From: an uncultured Myxococcales bacterium
GTDB lineage: Bacteria > Myxococcota_A > UBA9042
Direction of reading: 5' to 3'
Assembly: GCA_903929795.1 (NCBI GenBank)
Contig: CAIYWC010000189.1
Coordinates: forward strand, 72,474 to 136,473
DNA length: 64,000 bases
Made by a program: the position numbers and the translations under genes. Below are positions 7,019 through 16,111 of this stretch, in pieces. Within the stretch, counting starts at the first letter, position 1. Every line of letters starts with the position of its first letter. The notes under the pieces are model-generated. The model saw only the letters and a program-made list of their open reading frames with translations, had not been told where the DNA came from and searched no databases.

Positions 7019-9361
7019 TTAGGGACAGGCGTTGGCACCCCAGGTGCTGTCGCCGGAAGTGAGCGTCAACTCGAGAAAGCCGCCCTGGGCGAGCGCGCTG
7101 TGCGCGATGCGCGGTTCCGTCAGCGGCTGGCCATTCCATTTCGCGCTGGCGATGTGCGTGGCGGCCGGCGCGCCCGGCGCTTCGATGCGCACGGTCTTGC
7201 CGCCGACGTCGATCTCGGCGCGGGCAAAAAGCGGTGCGGTCAGGGTGTAGTAGCCATCGCCCGGCGACACGGGATAGAGCCCCACCGAGGCAAAGACCAG
7301 CCAGCCGGACATGGCGCCGGCGTCGTCGTTACCCGGCAAGCCATTGGGATTCGCGCTGAATTGCCCAGCCAGCAGCGCGTGCACGCGGTCGCTTGCCAAA
7401 TCCGGCCGGCCCACGTCCACGTACAGCCACGGCGCGTGAAAATCCGGCTCGTTGCCCATGTCAAAATGGCCGCCGTCAAAGAAGTCGTTCAGGCGCTGCA
7501 GCGTCGCCGGCTTGCCGCCGATCTGCGCCACCAGCCCGCAGCGGTCCTGCGGGACGAGCCACTCGTAAATCCACGCCGTCGCTTCGGTAAAACCGACGGT
7601 GCCCGCGGGGTCAAACGGCTCCAGCCACGTACCGTCCTCCGCGCGCAACTGCGGGTAATTGTGCGGCCCCCATGTGTTGCGCCAATTGTTCGCGCGCGGC
7701 GCCATCTGCTTGGCCAAATCCTCGTTGCCGAGCGCGTGCGCATACTGGCCCAGACACCAATCCGAGTAGCTGTGCTCCAGGGTCATCGACGCGCCTTGAG
7801 TCAGATCACATTCCTGCGGAACCCAGCCATTTTGCACGTAAAACGGTGGCGAGCCTTGGTTGAAATAGCCGCATACGCCGTCCTGGTACGGGTTGACCGA
7901 ATCGGTCATCGCGCCGTGCTGCATCACCGTCATCGCCGTCGCCGTGTCAAAGTCGTGCAGGCCTTTTACGACCGCGTCCGCCATCACGCAGAAGGTGAAA
8001 TTTCCTGTCATTACACGGGAATCCCCGGTTGCCTGCCACGAGCACTTCGACAAGTAGCCCTCGGGTCCGACAATCCACAGCATCGACTGCAGCATGTCGC
8101 CCACGACCTCCGGCTGGATCAGCGTCAGCAGCGGGTGCACCGTGCGCGTCGTGTCCCAGATGCACCAATCGTCGGTGTAGAAGTGCTTGCCGCCGGTCGA
8201 CTGCACTGCCGCCACTTCCTTGGAATTATTCATGAACTGGCCGTCTTCGCTGTAATCCGCCGGCTGCAGCAGGGCGTGGTAGAGCGCCGAATAGAACCGC
8301 GTCCGCGCCACAGCGTCGGTGGTCTCGATGCGGATGCGCCCCAGCAGCTGATTCCACTCGGTCCCCGCGGCTTGCCACAGCTGGTCGATGGTGTGGTTTT
8401 GCAGCTCGTCCTGCTGGTGCTTGTGCGCCAGATCCGCGGAGATCAGCGACAAGCAGACCTGCGCGTCGATCGTCTGCGTCGCGTCGGACGGCCACTCCAG
8501 CCACGCGCCGGCGTTCGCGCCATCAGCGGCCAAGCCCGTGGTTTCCTTGCGGTCCTGCCACACGCCGGCGGCCGTCGGCGGCGCGCTGAACACGATCTGG
8601 GCGAAGACGGACGACAAGCCGACAATCGGCGTTTTGTCCTGCAAAATCCCGCTGATCAGCGGATCGACGTTGTAATCGCCGCGGCCCGTCACCGTGCTGC
8701 CGCTGACTTCCACATGGCCACCGACGCTTTTGCCGCGCGTGTGGCCAAAATCGACGAGCACGCGCGCGGTGCCCGGCGGAAATGTGTAGCGGTGCCAGCC
8801 ACAATGGCGCGTCGCCGCCAAATCGACGTGAATTCCGTGGTCGGTCAGCTGCACGCCGTAGTGGATCGGCGTGGCGATCTGCGTCGGCCGGTCGTAGGCG
8901 GTCGCATACTCGTCCTCGATGACCGTACGCGTGCCCATGGTCGGCAGCAGCGCGATCTGGCTATAGCCGTACGCGCTACCGCCCGGGCCATCCAGGTGCG
9001 TGTGTGAAAAGCCCTGAATCTTAGGCGAATTCCACTGGTAGCCTTTGATGTCCTGCGTGCCGTTGTCGGTGTCCGGACCCAGCTTGATCATGCCGTGCGG
9101 CAAGGTCACGCCAAAAAACGTGTTGCCGCCGCCATCGGTGCCGATGCGCGGATCGACAATCGCCGTCGGATCGGCAGCGGGCGCCAGCGCGGGCAAGTCC
9201 GGCTGGTACGGCGGCAGCTCCGGGCCCGTATCGCCCGCGTCCAGGGCCGCGTCCCCACTGGCATCCACGGCGTCGTCCGGCGTCGCCGGCTGGGAGGCGG
9301 TCTGCGCGCACGCCGTGAGCACAAGGACCAGAAGCGTCAGAACCGTGTGAAGAACTTTCAT
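7019..9361 (-). CDS. Glycoside hydrolase family 92 (alpha-1,2-mannosidase-like) lipoprotein
   Basis: Start ATG 9359-9361 (MKVLHTVLTLLVLVLTAC|AQ, lipobox). GH92-type motifs GTDGGGNTFFG, FSHTHLDGPGG and GNEPDFHAPWLY are present. The 139 aa upstream of this Met in ORF 7019..9775 have no signal peptide and were rejected. Confidence 0.85.
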   Translation of the reverse strand: MKVLHTVLTLLVLVLTACAQTASQPATPDDAVDASGDAALDAGDTGPELPPYQPDLPALAPAADPTAIVDPRIGTDGGGNTFFGVTLPHGMIKLGPDTDNGTQDIKGYQWNSPKIQGFSHTHLDGPGGSAYGYSQIALLPTMGTRTVIEDEYATAYDRPTQIATPIHYGVQLTDHGIHVDLAATRHCGWHRYTFPPGTARVLVDFGHTRGKSVGGHVEVSGSTVTGRGDYNVDPLISGILQDKTPIVGLSSVFAQIVFSAPPTAAGVWQDRKETTGLAADGANAGAWLEWPSDATQTIDAQVCLSLISADLAHKHQQDELQNHTIDQLWQAAGTEWNQLLGRIRIETTDAVARTRFYSALYHALLQPADYSEDGQFMNNSKEVAAVQSTGGKHFYTDDWCIWDTTRTVHPLLTLIQPEVVGDMLQSMLWIVGPEGYLSKCSWQATGDSRVMTGNFTFCVMADAVVKGLHDFDTATAMTVMQHGAMTDSVNPYQDGVCGYFNQGSPPFYVQNGWVPQECDLTQGASMTLEHSYSDWCLGQYAHALGNEDLAKQMAPRANNWRNTWGPHNYPQLRAEDGTWLEPFDPAGTVGFTEATAWIYEWLVPQDRCGLVAQIGGKPATLQRLNDFFDGGHFDMGNEPDFHAPWLYVDVGRPDLASDRVHALLAGQFSANPNGLPGNDDAGAMSGWLVFASVGLYPVSPGDGYYTLTAPLFARAEIDVGGKTVRIEAPGAPAATHIASAKWNGQPLTEPRIAHSALAQGGFLELTLTSGDSTWGANACP

Positions 9362-9467
9362 GACTCTATGGTTTCCCGTGTCGCGCGTCTTGGCAAGTGG
9401 CGGCTGCGGCAACAACAGGTTATCCTCGGCGCCGAGACGCGTCAGCCTAAGAAATAGAAGAGGAACC

Positions 9468-10211
9468 ATGTACTTGCGTATTTCGGTCGTCGGCATCACG
9501 GCAAGCGTCCTGCTGGGCGGCGGCTGTAGCGCCACGGTGGGCGGCGGCGGCGCGATCGTCGCCAAGGACGCGAGCGGCGACAGCGGCACGAGCCCCAGCG
9601 ACACGTACGCAGCGCCCAAAGGCGACAGCACCGGCAGCGACGCCACGGCCAAGGACGCCGACAGCGCGGATTCCGGGGGCATGAGCGCCCTGCTCGGCTG
9701 CTTGCAGGCCCAATGCGCGAGCCAAATGACGGCGTGCCAAAACAGCGCGGTCTGCGGCACTGCGCTGGCGTGCATCTACGCGTGCCCGGTCGCCGACAAC
9801 GTCTGCCCCAACACGTGCATGGATCCGCTCAAGAGCGACCTCGGCGCGCTGGCGGCCATCGACGCCGTCAGCAAGTGCGAGCAGGCCAACTGCGAAACGA
9901 CCTCGCTGCCCGCCAACACGTGCGGCAACGGCAAGTGCGAGGGCAGCGAGAGCACGTGGTGCTCGCTGGACTGCGACAGCACCATCAAGAGCCTGGCCTA
10001 CTGCAGCGAGGGCAAGTGCACGGCGACGGCGGACGCGTGCATCCTCGACGCCGACTGCAACACCGCCATGAACTGCGTGATGGAATGCACCGACCCGAGC
10101 TGCTGGGGCAATTGCCCGCCCAGCGCCAGTGCAAGCCTCGCGTTGTACAACGCCATGTGGAACTGCACGCAGTCGCTCTGCACGCTCTACCTGCCCGCGG
10201 GTTCGCCATGA
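9468..10211 (+). CDS. Cys-rich secreted lipoprotein (hypothetical; about 30 Cys in 247 aa)
   Basis: ATG 9468 preceded by GAGGAA. Signal peptide MYLRISVVGITASVLLGGGC|SA. The stop overlaps the next start (ATGA). Confidence 0.7.
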   Translation: MYLRISVVGITASVLLGGGCSATVGGGGAIVAKDASGDSGTSPSDTYAAPKGDSTGSDATAKDADSADSGGMSALLGCLQAQCASQMTACQNSAVCGTALACIYACPVADNVCPNTCMDPLKSDLGALAAIDAVSKCEQANCETTSLPANTCGNGKCEGSESTWCSLDCDSTIKSLAYCSEGKCTATADACILDADCNTAMNCVMECTDPSCWGNCPPSASASLALYNAMWNCTQSLCTLYLPAGSP

Positions 10212-10501
10212 AGGACGCCGCTGCCAACGCTTGCCGCGCGCCGAGGCTGGTGGTGCCGGTCATCAACCGCAACAAGTGCGAAGGCAAGGAAGATTGCGTG
10301 CGCGTCTGCCCCCACGACGTGTTCACCATGGCGACCCTGACGGAGCGGGACAAGGCGACGCTGTCGCTCATCGGCCGCCTGCGCGCGCGTGTCCACGGCA
10401 GCCGTCAGGCTTTTCTGGTGGATGTGGACGCCTGCCACGCGTGCGGACTGTGCGTGACGTCGTGTCCGGAAGGCGCGATTCGCTTGGTGAAAGTGCCGTA
10501 G
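10208..10501 (+). CDS. 4Fe-4S dicluster ferredoxin (about 97 aa)
   Basis: Two CxxCxxCxxxCP motifs (CEGKEDCVRVCP and CHACGLCVTSCP). ATG at 10208 overlaps the upstream stop 10209-10211. Confidence 0.8.
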   Translation: MKDAAANACRAPRLVVPVINRNKCEGKEDCVRVCPHDVFTMATLTERDKATLSLIGRLRARVHGSRQAFLVDVDACHACGLCVTSCPEGAIRLVKVP

Positions 10502-10517
10502 CTGCGACGCCCGCCAG

Positions 10518-10748
10518 TTGGCGCAAACAGCATGAAATTGTTGTGCATGATGCGGATTTGATTTCGGAACGCTCACGTCCGATGGCGCGCTCGCAGAGAC
10601 AAACGACGGCGCGATTCGCAAGGCTCGGGGCGCGCGGTGCGGACTTACGTCCGCTCTTTGCGGACCTGCGGTCCGAGGCGGTGCGCCCGTCTGGGCGCGG
10701 ACCGGTTGCAAGCGGCGAGTGATTCGAGTGAATCGCCGCACGGATCGG
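10518..10748 (+). repeat. Copy B of the roughly 230-bp structured repeat (see 2388..2616)
   Basis: Begins TTGGCGCAAACAGCATGAAAT 16 nt after the ferredoxin stop. Hairpins at 10639-10654 (GCGGACTTACGTCCGC), 10661-10675 (CGGACCTGCGGTCCG) and 10683-10698 (GCGCCCGTCTGGGCGC). The stems are conserved and the loops differ from copy A. The ATGAAAT-initiated frame stops after 9 codons here, whereas copy A runs 69 codons, so the element is not coding. Confidence 0.6.
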
Positions 10749-10762
10749 CATTGACCTGAGCG

Positions 10763-10918
10763 GCTATTCGCGTTCCAAGTGTTCGCGCGGCGGGATGCCG
10801 TCTGGTCTTTGCTAGCGCGGGCCCGCTATTCGCGTTCCAAGTGTTCGCGCGGCGGGATGCCGTCTGGTCTTTGCTAGCGCGGGCCCGCTATTCGCGTTCC
10901 AAGTGTTCGCGCGGCGGG
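10763..10918. repeat. Tandem direct repeat, 62-bp unit x 2.5 (GCTATTCGCGTTCCAAGTGTTCGCGCGGCGGGATGCCGTCTGGTCTTTGCTAGCGCGGGCCC)
   Basis: Exact copies begin at 10763, 10825 and 10887. The third copy is truncated 3 nt before the OmpA-family stop codon (10922-10924). Confidence 0.7.
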
Positions 10919-10921
10919 CCC

Positions 10922-12034
10922 TTACTTATCCGGCGGCAGGAAGTTGAACTCGACGCGGCGATTCTTCTCGTACGCCGCCTTGTTCTTGGCCGGATCAAGC
11001 GGCCGGTCCGGCCCGAAGCCCACGGGCACCAGCCGGCTGCGGCCAATGCCCCGTTCCACCAGCGCCGCCACCACGGAGTTGGCGCGAGCCTGCGACAACT
11101 TCTTGTTCTTCTTGGCGTTTCCGGTCGAATCCGTGTGACCTTCCACCTGCACGCGGACTTCGCTCTTGTCCTTGAGCGCCGCCGTGCATTCGTCCAGGAT
11201 CTTCATGCTCACTTCGCCAACGATCGTCGCCTTGTTCACCGCGAACTGGATCTGCTTCTTGAACACGATCTTGTCGTTCTCGACCTCGATCGTGTCGTAC
11301 TTCTTGGGCTCCGGCGGCGGCGGCGGCAGCTCGTCCGGGCAGCCGTCTTCGTCGTCCAGCCCGTTGAACGTCTCCGGCTTGTCCGGGCATTTGTCCAGGT
11401 GCTGCGGGTAGTCGATGATGCCGTCGCCATCGTTGTCGACGTCCGGGCAGCCGTCCTGGTCCTCGTAGCCGTCCTTGTCTTCCGCGTAGTTGGGGCACTT
11501 GTCCTTGACGTCGAGGATGCCGTCGTTGTCGTTGTCCGGATCCGGGCAGCCATCCTCGTCCAAAAAGCCGTCCTTGTCCTCGGGCTGGTCGGGGCAGCGG
11601 TCGAACTGGTCCTTGATGCCGTCGTTGTCGCGGTCGTATTCCGGGCAGCCGTCGTCGTCTTCGTCGTTGTCGTAGTCTTCCGGATCGTCAGGGCATTTGT
11701 CGTCCGCGTCGCAGATCCGGTCGCCGTCGCGGTCCGGGCAGCAGCCTTTTTGGTCCTTGACCGCAGCCGCCTTCTCCGTGTGTTCCTTGGCGATGTTCAG
11801 GTTATGCCCGGCGCTCAGCATGTCGCCGTAGCTCGACTCCAAATTGGCAAAATCGAGAAACGCTTCCGCCAGCGCGAGGTCCTTGGGCGCACAATAATAC
11901 GCCGGCACTTTGACCTGACGGATCGTCTCGCTCAGCTTGGCGGATTCTTCCTGGACTTCGCTGCCAGTGGCGCAGGCGGTCGCCAGCAGGCAAACCAGCA
12001 CGCAAAACACAATGCGGTGGAGGCGCATGCTCAT
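10922..12034 (-). CDS. OmpA-family lipoprotein with thrombospondin type-3 Ca-binding repeats (D.D.DG..D..D.CPD)
   Basis: Lipobox LLATAC. About 8 TSP3-like Asp-rich repeats. C-terminal OmpA domain ...VEGHTDSTGNAKKNKKLSQARANSVVAALVERG...NRRVEF. Confidence 0.9.
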   Translation of the reverse strand: MSMRLHRIVFCVLVCLLATACATGSEVQEESAKLSETIRQVKVPAYYCAPKDLALAEAFLDFANLESSYGDMLSAGHNLNIAKEHTEKAAAVKDQKGCCPDRDGDRICDADDKCPDDPEDYDNDEDDDGCPEYDRDNDGIKDQFDRCPDQPEDKDGFLDEDGCPDPDNDNDGILDVKDKCPNYAEDKDGYEDQDGCPDVDNDGDGIIDYPQHLDKCPDKPETFNGLDDEDGCPDELPPPPPEPKKYDTIEVENDKIVFKKQIQFAVNKATIVGEVSMKILDECTAALKDKSEVRVQVEGHTDSTGNAKKNKKLSQARANSVVAALVERGIGRSRLVPVGFGPDRPLDPAKNKAAYEKNRRVEFNFLPPDK

Positions 12035-12510
12035 TTGCCCCCCTGCGGCGCCGGCGGTGCGGGTGCGGCGGGCGCCTTGGGTGCGGCGGGCTCCTTGGGC
12101 GCGAACTTCTGCAGCCGCAGCTTGCGTTCTTTGCCCAGCCGCGCGACGTCCTGGGCCTTCTCGGCCGCCAGCTGCGCGAGCTTGGCGTACTCAGCCGCTT
12201 GCTCAAACATGCCTTCACCGGTCAGCTTTTTGGCCTTCTGGAAGTAGGAAGTTGCCCGCGTGTATTCGTACGGCGCGAATTCTTCGCCCTCAAGCTTGCG
12301 GGCCTCGTCGATTTGCTTTTGCGCGTCGCCCAGCGACTGCTGCGTGGAAACTGCGCCGCAGCCCAGCGCCGAAAGCACCAGCGCGGCGCCCACGAGCGCA
12401 CGAGTCAACGCGGTATTTTGCAACCTGTTTTTGCGGGCAACGGCTGGCCGAACGGTGGCGTCCAAGATGGTTCTCCGCGCGAGGTTGAGCGCGCCCATGG
12501 CCAGCGGCAT
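12031..12510 (-). CDS. DUF4398-like lipoprotein, commonly paired upstream of OmpA-family genes; start uncertain
   Basis: Overlaps the OmpA start (ATGA). Signal peptide with lipobox LSALGC. C-terminal Pro/Ala-rich tail. Start chosen at ATG 12508-12510; ATG 12498 or TTG 12513 are also possible. Confidence 0.65.
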   Translation of the reverse strand: MPLAMGALNLARRTILDATVRPAVARKNRLQNTALTRALVGAALVLSALGCGAVSTQQSLGDAQKQIDEARKLEGEEFAPYEYTRATSYFQKAKKLTGEGMFEQAAEYAKLAQLAAEKAQDVARLGKERKLRLQKFAPKEPAAPKAPAAPAPPAPQGGK

Positions 12511-12663
12511 CAAGCTCCAGGCTCGCTACTTTCACCGCCGGTCGCCGCCATGTCAAGCTGACCGCCCGTTTCCATGGCGGATGCGCCCGCGGAACGCACT
12601 TGTCAGCAAGCCATGCGGTGCGCCAAGATGCGCGTGCTGCGGCGTTGCCCGGCGCGGAGATTC

Positions 12664-13257
12664 ATGGCGCACCCGTTCCCTTTTCGCCTGCGCGTGCTGA
12701 TCACGGTGAGCGCCCTCGTGGCGTTGTCGCTCGGCGGAGGTTGCAAAAAAATCCAGGCAGATCGCGAACTTACTGCAGCCGAGAAGCAGGCAAATGCCGC
12801 GATCGAGAAATACTCCGCCGCGTCCGCTGAGGCCAATGCCGCGCACCAGGCCGTGCTGCAGAGCTTTGAGCAGGCCAATCACGCCAGCGACCTGACGCTG
12901 TACAAGCAAGCGCTGCGCGAGAAAGTGCTGCCGGCGATGGGCGCTTTTGTCGAGCGCTTGCAAAAGATGCCGACCGGGACGCCGGAATTGAAGCGAATTC
13001 ACGGCGAGCTGCTGGAGTCCTACCAGCAGGCGCGCGGCGAGATCGAGGCTTTTGAGCGCGACCTGCAGGGTGTGGACGGGTTGGCGCGGTTTGGCGATAT
13101 CCGCAGCCGCTTGCAGACCGGCGTGCGCAACTACCGGGAAGCGCTCGCGGCGTATTACGCTGCCAACAAACGCCAGCTGAAGTTGGATGCGCGCGCCGAA
13201 ACCGCGGCTCCCGCGGCGGTCACCGAAGCCACAAGCGCATCGACGACGGTCCAGTGA
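12664..13257 (+). CDS. Hypothetical lipoprotein (helical, Ala/Gln-rich)
   Basis: ATG 12664: MAHPFPFRLRVLITVSALVALSLGGGC|KK. The upstream part of ORF 12574.. lacks a signal peptide. Confidence 0.6.
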   Translation: MAHPFPFRLRVLITVSALVALSLGGGCKKIQADRELTAAEKQANAAIEKYSAASAEANAAHQAVLQSFEQANHASDLTLYKQALREKVLPAMGAFVERLQKMPTGTPELKRIHGELLESYQQARGEIEAFERDLQGVDGLARFGDIRSRLQTGVRNYREALAAYYAANKRQLKLDARAETAAPAAVTEATSASTTVQ

Positions 13258-13276
13258 CCCCCACCTTGGAAAGCCC

Positions 13277-14251
13277 GTGACCGAACATTTGCCCGCCAAG
13301 TTGCCGCAGCAGGAGTCGGCGAAACCACCGATCGTCGCGGAGCTTCAGGCGCTGTGGCAGACAATGCGGCCGCACCAGTGGGTCAAGAACGTGTTCGTCA
13401 TCGTGCCGCTGATTTTTGGCGGGCCGGAGCTGCTGGCGCAGCACAAGCTGACGGCGGTGCTGGTGGCGCGCGTGGCGCTGGCGGCCTTGTGCTTTTGTCT
13501 TGCATCCAGCGCGACTTACGTGCTGAACGACCTCCTGGACGCCGAGGCGGATCGCGCGCATCCGGTCAAGCGCCTGCGACCCATCGCCGCCGGGCTGCTG
13601 ACCGAGGCGCGGGCCAAGCGTTGGCTGGTCACGCTGCTGCTGCTGGACGCGATGCTGACGGCGGCGATCGCGCTGTGGGTCGGCGAGACGGGGACAGTTT
13701 TCGCCCTGGCGATCGGCGGCTATTTCATCCAGAACCTGGCGTATTCGTTGGGTCTCAAAAGAGTGGCGTACGTGGACGCGGCGATTATTGCCACCGGTTT
13801 CTTGCTGCGCGTGCTGGCGGGCGCGGCGGCGGCGCCGGTGGCGGCCTCGCATTGGATGCTGGCCTGCACGGCGCTGCTGGCCATGTTCCTGGCGCTGGGC
13901 AAACGCAAACATGAGGTGCTGACGTCCGACGTCAAGCACCGCGCCAACCTGAAAGTCTACCGGCTGGCGCACCTGAACTTTGCGCTGGGGCTCCTGGCGC
14001 TGCTGACGTCCGCGGCGTACCTGCTGTACACGCTGGACCCGGACACGGTGCAGCGGTTCCATACGGCGCGGCTGCCGTGGACGACGCCGTTTGGCATCTT
14101 TGGCCTGTGGCGCTTTTCCCGGCTGCTGGACGCCCGCGACACCGCACACAGCCCGACGGAGCGAATGCTGCACGACCCGGCGTTCCTGCTGAACCTGGTA
14201 GCGGGCGCGCTGGCGGTCGGGCTGCTTATCTACGGCGTGCTGCCGCAATGA
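13277..14251 (+). CDS. UbiA-family prenyltransferase, resembling decaprenyl-phosphate phosphoribosyltransferase
   Basis: GTG 13277 preceded by GGAAAG. Motifs RPHQWVKN and NDLLDAEADRAHPVKRLRPIAAG. About 8 predicted TM segments. Confidence 0.8.
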   Translation: MTEHLPAKLPQQESAKPPIVAELQALWQTMRPHQWVKNVFVIVPLIFGGPELLAQHKLTAVLVARVALAALCFCLASSATYVLNDLLDAEADRAHPVKRLRPIAAGLLTEARAKRWLVTLLLLDAMLTAAIALWVGETGTVFALAIGGYFIQNLAYSLGLKRVAYVDAAIIATGFLLRVLAGAAAAPVAASHWMLACTALLAMFLALGKRKHEVLTSDVKHRANLKVYRLAHLNFALGLLALLTSAAYLLYTLDPDTVQRFHTARLPWTTPFGIFGLWRFSRLLDARDTAHSPTERMLHDPAFLLNLVAGALAVGLLIYGVLPQ

Positions 14252-14637
14252 AGCGCGGCTGGGTCGGCGTTCTGGCGTGCGCGTTGGCCGCGTGTGGCGC
14301 AGCCGAGCCCGTCGCCTCCGAAAACCCGCTGCGTGCCGCCCTGGAGGAGTCCATTGCCGGGTTGGAAGCCCAGCAGCCGCTTGTCCTGCGCTACAACCCG
14401 GCGGCGTGCGCGTGTCCGCCGGCTGAGCTGCGGCTGGGCGGTCAATGGCTGCGCGCCGAACTGACGGGAGGCGCTGTGGTGCAGACCTGGCTTGCTGCCG
14501 CGGCGCGGACGCCGCCCGAGCGTCTGCCAGTGCCGTTGCAGGCGATTGGCCGGGTCGACCCGGAAGTGCTGCGGACACCACAAGGCAGCTACGCCGTGCG
14601 GATCGACGTGGCGAAAATCCTGGCGGCCGCGCCTTGA
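14248..14637 (+). CDS. Hypothetical small lipoprotein
   Basis: ATG overlaps the UbiA stop (ATGA). MKRGWVGVLACALAAC|GA. Confidence 0.6.
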   Translation: MKRGWVGVLACALAACGAAEPVASENPLRAALEESIAGLEAQQPLVLRYNPAACACPPAELRLGGQWLRAELTGGAVVQTWLAAAARTPPERLPVPLQAIGRVDPEVLRTPQGSYAVRIDVAKILAAAP

Positions 14638-14727
14638 CGCGCGAAAATGGCCAGAAATATTGACGGCGCGGTCAAGCCTGACCACAGTTGCGCGCGCGCG
14701 GTTCTGCCGCCGTTGCCGAGGTATTTC

Positions 14728-15534
14728 GTGAAGAAACCGCTGCTGATCGTGCTGCTCGTTGCTGGCTTGTTCCCCCACGCGCTGGCGATCGGCGCGCCCG
14801 CACCGAAGCCCGACGCGCTGGAGCTGCACGTATCGCTCAACGACAAAAAGGTCGGCACCGAGACGCTGCGCACGCAATCCGGCCAGGAAGGCCGCTACGA
14901 TTCGCTGGAGGCGGCGCTGCAGGACAAGGTCAACAAAGTGTGGAAGTCCTTTCAGCAACGCGCAACGCTGGACAGCCAAGCGGACGGCACCATCAAGAGC
15001 TACCGCCGCGGCATTTACGTCACCGGCGCTACGATCAACACGAACTTGTTCGCGTACAACGGCGGCTGGCGCATCGGCGCGCAGGCGGACGCGGGCGGCA
15101 AGCCCAAGGTCACGGATCTCAAGCTGAAAGCGCCGTTCGTGGTGCTGGATGAGCGCAGCGTCGCGCTTGTGGTGCTGGCGGCGGAGCGGCTGGCCAAGCT
15201 GGGCGACGCGGACTACGTGCGGGTGGACAATGCGACGACGGGCCACTTGACGCTGACCTCGGAGACGCTGGCTGCAGAAGGCAAGCACTGGACGCGGCTG
15301 CACCTGAAGGACGGCAAGTCGGTGAATCTGGAGGTGCTCAAGGGTCCAGGCGGGCAGGTCGTCGCGGTCAAAGGTCTGGACGGCTGGACGGGTGTGACCG
15401 CGGGCCAAAAAGTGCCGGCCAACCTGACGCCCGTGGCGCACGAGAGCAAGGACGCCAAGCCCGCGGAATTGCCCGCCGCCGTGACCCCCGCACAGCCGCC
15501 GCACCCGGCCAACCCGCCAGCGCCGCAACGGTGA
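14728..15534 (+). CDS. Hypothetical secreted protein
   Basis: GTG 14728: VKKPLLIVLLVAGLFPHALA|IGAP signal peptide. Pro-rich C-terminus. Confidence 0.55.
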   Translation: MKKPLLIVLLVAGLFPHALAIGAPAPKPDALELHVSLNDKKVGTETLRTQSGQEGRYDSLEAALQDKVNKVWKSFQQRATLDSQADGTIKSYRRGIYVTGATINTNLFAYNGGWRIGAQADAGGKPKVTDLKLKAPFVVLDERSVALVVLAAERLAKLGDADYVRVDNATTGHLTLTSETLAAEGKHWTRLHLKDGKSVNLEVLKGPGGQVVAVKGLDGWTGVTAGQKVPANLTPVAHESKDAKPAELPAAVTPAQPPHPANPPAPQR

Positions 15535-15640
15535 AATCCCGGTGACAGTTCGCGCTTGATTCTGTGGGCGGATCGCCTACGCTTATGAGACGTCGGCGTC
15601 GACCTGCACCCAGCGGGCGGAGACCGGCACGGAGGGTCCC

Positions 15641-16039
15641 ATGCGCCGGCAAATGTTCAAGTCCAAGCTGCACCGCGTGACCGTGACGCAAGCGGATTTG
15701 GAATACGAAGGTTCCGTCACGCTCGACCAGAACCTCATGGAAGCCGCCGATATCATTGAACATGAAGCCGTGCACATCTGGAATGTCACCCAGGGCACGC
15801 GCTTGCAGACGTACGCGCTGCGCGGACCGCGCGGTTCGGGCGTCTGCTGCGTCAATGGCGCCGCGGCGCACCTGTGCAACCCGGGCGACAAGGTGATCAT
15901 CGCCACGTTCACGGAGCTGGAGGACGCCGAGGCGCGCCTGCACGTGCCGACCGTGGTGCTGCTGGGCGATGGCAATCGGATCCTGGATGCGCACGCGACG
16001 GAAGTGCCGGGACCGCTCAAGCGCGCGGCGTGGGTGTAG
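15641..16039 (+). CDS. panD: Aspartate 1-decarboxylase
   Basis: [26 protein letters not shown]...IWNVTQG.R..TYAL aligns with E. coli PanD, including the Gly-Ser self-cleavage region. Confidence 0.9.
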   Translation: MRRQMFKSKLHRVTVTQADLEYEGSVTLDQNLMEAADIIEHEAVHIWNVTQGTRLQTYALRGPRGSGVCCVNGAAAHLCNPGDKVIIATFTELEDAEARLHVPTVVLLGDGNRILDAHATEVPGPLKRAAWV

Positions 16040-16111
16040 CCGCCGCATTCGCTTGAATCCCGCGATAACCTGCACCATGCTGCGCGCTGAACAGTTCGGC
16101 GAGGTACGGTC

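Noticed and set aside
6393-7139. Longer 248-aa version of the tubby-like gene, starting at 7139
   Set aside because: The N-terminal 47 aa overlap the GH92 3' end in another frame. An internal ATG at 6998 with a good RBS gives a compact gene.
7100-9007. 635-aa plus-strand ORF
   Set aside because: Antisense shadow of the GH92 gene. Arg-rich with no domain.
16083-16097. CTGAACAGTTCGGCG as a second LexA-like site
   Set aside because: Lacks the GTTCAG half-site at the correct spacing. Only the site at 57271-57286 fits the consensus.
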